Below are positions 49,802 through 52,193 of a stretch of 52,193 nt of DNA, piece by piece. The translations under genes were made by a program, and so were the position numbers. Position 1 is the stretch's first letter; each line of letters opens with the position of its first letter. The stretch comes from Octopus bimaculoides. Its lineage: Eukaryota. Below the pieces are notes generated by a model. That model searched no databases. It was not told the DNA's origin and saw only the letters and a list, made by a program, of their open reading frames with translations. The stretch spans positions 36,801,779 through 36,853,971 of the forward strand of contig NC_068998.1 in NCBI RefSeq assembly GCF_001194135.2, read 5' to 3'.

Positions 49802-52042
49802 GCGTGTGTATGTGTGTGTACACGCACGTTAGTTGAATGACGACGCCACATTTCTGAACGCTTGCCATGACATACTTAGTTTCTTGTGAAATTTATATTT
49901 CGTTCACACTTATCAGATGAGCAGGCATAGTTCGAACTCTGCCAAGAGGAATGGTTGCTACAGACGTTTTGCCTAAGCACGCTTTCTCTTTTATGCAAAA
50001 CAATACTGACGGACAAACGATTTTGCAGAAGCAAACGTATTTCGTGCTGATGCACCATATAAACTGGTGCATAGCCGTATAAACTGATAGCCATGTAAAC
50101 ATACACACACATGCACACACACATACACTCATACACTGCATCACATTAGAATATAGGAGCAGAATTCTTGTATATTTTCTTCTCTCCCGTCTCTTTCAAA
50201 TATAATGATACATATAAATAATTGCCCGCGCATACGCACACGCTTGTACACTTATAAAATCATGCACTTAGATAAACAAACAGTCACTTTGGAGATTCTC
50301 TCAAAAACACGCCAATTATTCCTCAAATCACATCGCTTAAAAATCTTAGAATAACTTTTGTCTTCAAGTAAAGAAGTGATTGTCGCAGGTGCGATTCATT
50401 TTGATCTTACGTCTACTCGCTGACTTGATGGTACATAACAGAAGAGACAACCACGCATGTTATTTCGACAGTTAAAGTTACCAATTAACTTCTCTAAGGG
50501 TCAATGCTGCTTAACTTTTGTATCATTAAAAAGCCTATTGGAAATAAATAGAAGGAAATTTATTGATTTTCACTTTTAGATAAAGTTTTAGTTTTTAGTC
50601 ATTTTTTAAGGTCTAGCGTTAAAGGTTAAACTATGTTTTTATTCAGTCAGATGGTGCCTGAACAATTTCTTTTCTCACCAATTCTATTTTCCTTTTATAA
50701 CTGCTGTATAATATATTTAAAGATTCTTCAATGTTGAGGGTTCTTTTTGGGGACGAGGTCAGAATAATTGTGAAATATTAGGAGGTTTTTCCTCGCATTT
50801 GCAGGGGAGAAAAGGAGACGCTCCTTATGTATTTTCCTCACTAGTCAACTTCTTATTTTTCGGATGTTCTTTGTCTGATGTAAACATACACACAAGTAAC
50901 TTGATGTCTTTCTCTCCCCATTTCTCTCTTCCNNNNNNNNNNNNNNNNNNNNNNNNNNNNNNNNNNNNNNNNNNNNNNNNNNNNNNNNNNNNNNNNNNNN
51001 NNNNNNNNNNNNNNNNNNNNNNNNNNNNNNNNNNNNNNNNNNNNNNNNNNNNNNNNNNNNNNNNNNNNNNNNNNNNNNNNNNNNNNNNNNNNNNNNNNNN
51101 NNNNNNNNNNNNNNNNNNNNNNNNNNNNNNNNNNNNNNNNNNNNNNNNNNNNNNNNNNNNNNNNNNNNNNNNNNNNNNNNNNNNNNNNNNNNNNNNNNNN
51201 NNNNNNNNNNNNNNNNNNNNNNNNNNNNNNNNNNNNNNNNNNNNNNNNNNNNNNNNNNNNNNNNNNNNNNNNNNNNNNNNNNNNNNNNNNNNNNNNNNNN
51301 NNNNNNNNNNNNNNNNNNNNNNNNNNNNNNNNNNNNNNNNNNNNNNNNNNNNNNNNNNNNNNNNNNNNNNNNNNNNNNNNNNNNNNNNNNNNNNNNNNNN
51401 NNNNNNNNNNNNNNNNNNNNNNNNNNNNNNNNNNNNNNNNNNNNNNNNNNNNNNNNNNNNNNNNNNNNNNNNNNNNNNNNNNNNNNNNNNNNNNNNNNNN
51501 NNNNNNNNNNNNNNNNNNNNNNNNNNNNNNNNNNNNNNNNNNNNNNNNNNNNNNNNNNNNNNNNNNTGTATAAAAAAACATCCACTTGTCAGTCTGTGTG
51601 TGGGAAGTGGTGTTGGGGTGGGATGCGTGTCTGTGTGGTTACATACTTATCTCTGCATAGATTCTTAGATGACTTTTTTTTTCTTTTTCTTGGCTTTCAC
51701 CATTCCCTCAATGTTCAATCTCAAATACAAAACACAGACAACTGTAAACAAATGACTTACATTTATTTACCAACAAACATGCATATACACACAAAGCCGA
51801 CTGTGTGTGTGTGTGTGTGTGTGTGTGCATTCGTATTTAAAATCAAGTTCTCGACTTCTGAGAATCATCGTTTTCAGCCTGTCAAAGTCCATCCCCCCAT
51901 CTCTTTCCAGGTCTCTTCACAACCGATAACCATTGTGGGCTGCAGTCTAATTCAAGAAATTTGGTTTCTTTTACCGAGCTGCTAGGTTAGAAGGTCGTAA
52001 GCACACCAACACCTGTTGTCAGGCAGTGGTGTGGGACAAACA

Positions 52043-52084
<42 letters not shown>

Positions 52085-52088
52085 TATA

Positions 52089-52124
<36 letters not shown>

Positions 52125-52193
52125 AGAATAAGGGAAGAGAATCGTCAATTAATAATAGAATTAATAATTAACAATTCTGCCAAGTAGTTCAGT

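Noticed and set aside
49885-49920. Minus-strand CTGATAA-GT-GTGA-AC-GAAA hammerhead-like motif
   Set aside because: Essential G8 is replaced and there is no stem I complementarity.

Overview
Eukaryotic, AT-rich, repeat-dense, essentially non-coding DNA with many N gaps. The SINE and LINE-tail sequences match what I recall from octopod cephalopods (Octopus); this is recognition from memory, not a database hit. No intact gene is visible, and almost every ORF in the supplied track is a microsatellite or N-gap artefact. Supportable content: about 30 copies or fragments of at least three tRNA-derived SINE families (two with clean 18- and 20-bp target-site duplications); several decayed Penelope-like retroelement (PLE) relics with RT/GIY-YIG motifs, one with an internal inversion; a PLE-type minimal hammerhead ribozyme motif; an RTE-type LINE 3' end; two R4/Dong-like LINE 3' ends; a Helitron 3' terminus; a young-looking MITE/foldback element with 94-bp TIRs; and one convincing 49-nt minus-strand exon (48549-48597) bracketed by oppositely oriented SINE pairs. 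That exon suggests the window lies largely within introns of a long minus-strand gene. I found no clear new multi-gene system; the best leads are RNA-structure features (hammerhead motif, foldbacks, inverted SINEs around the exon).
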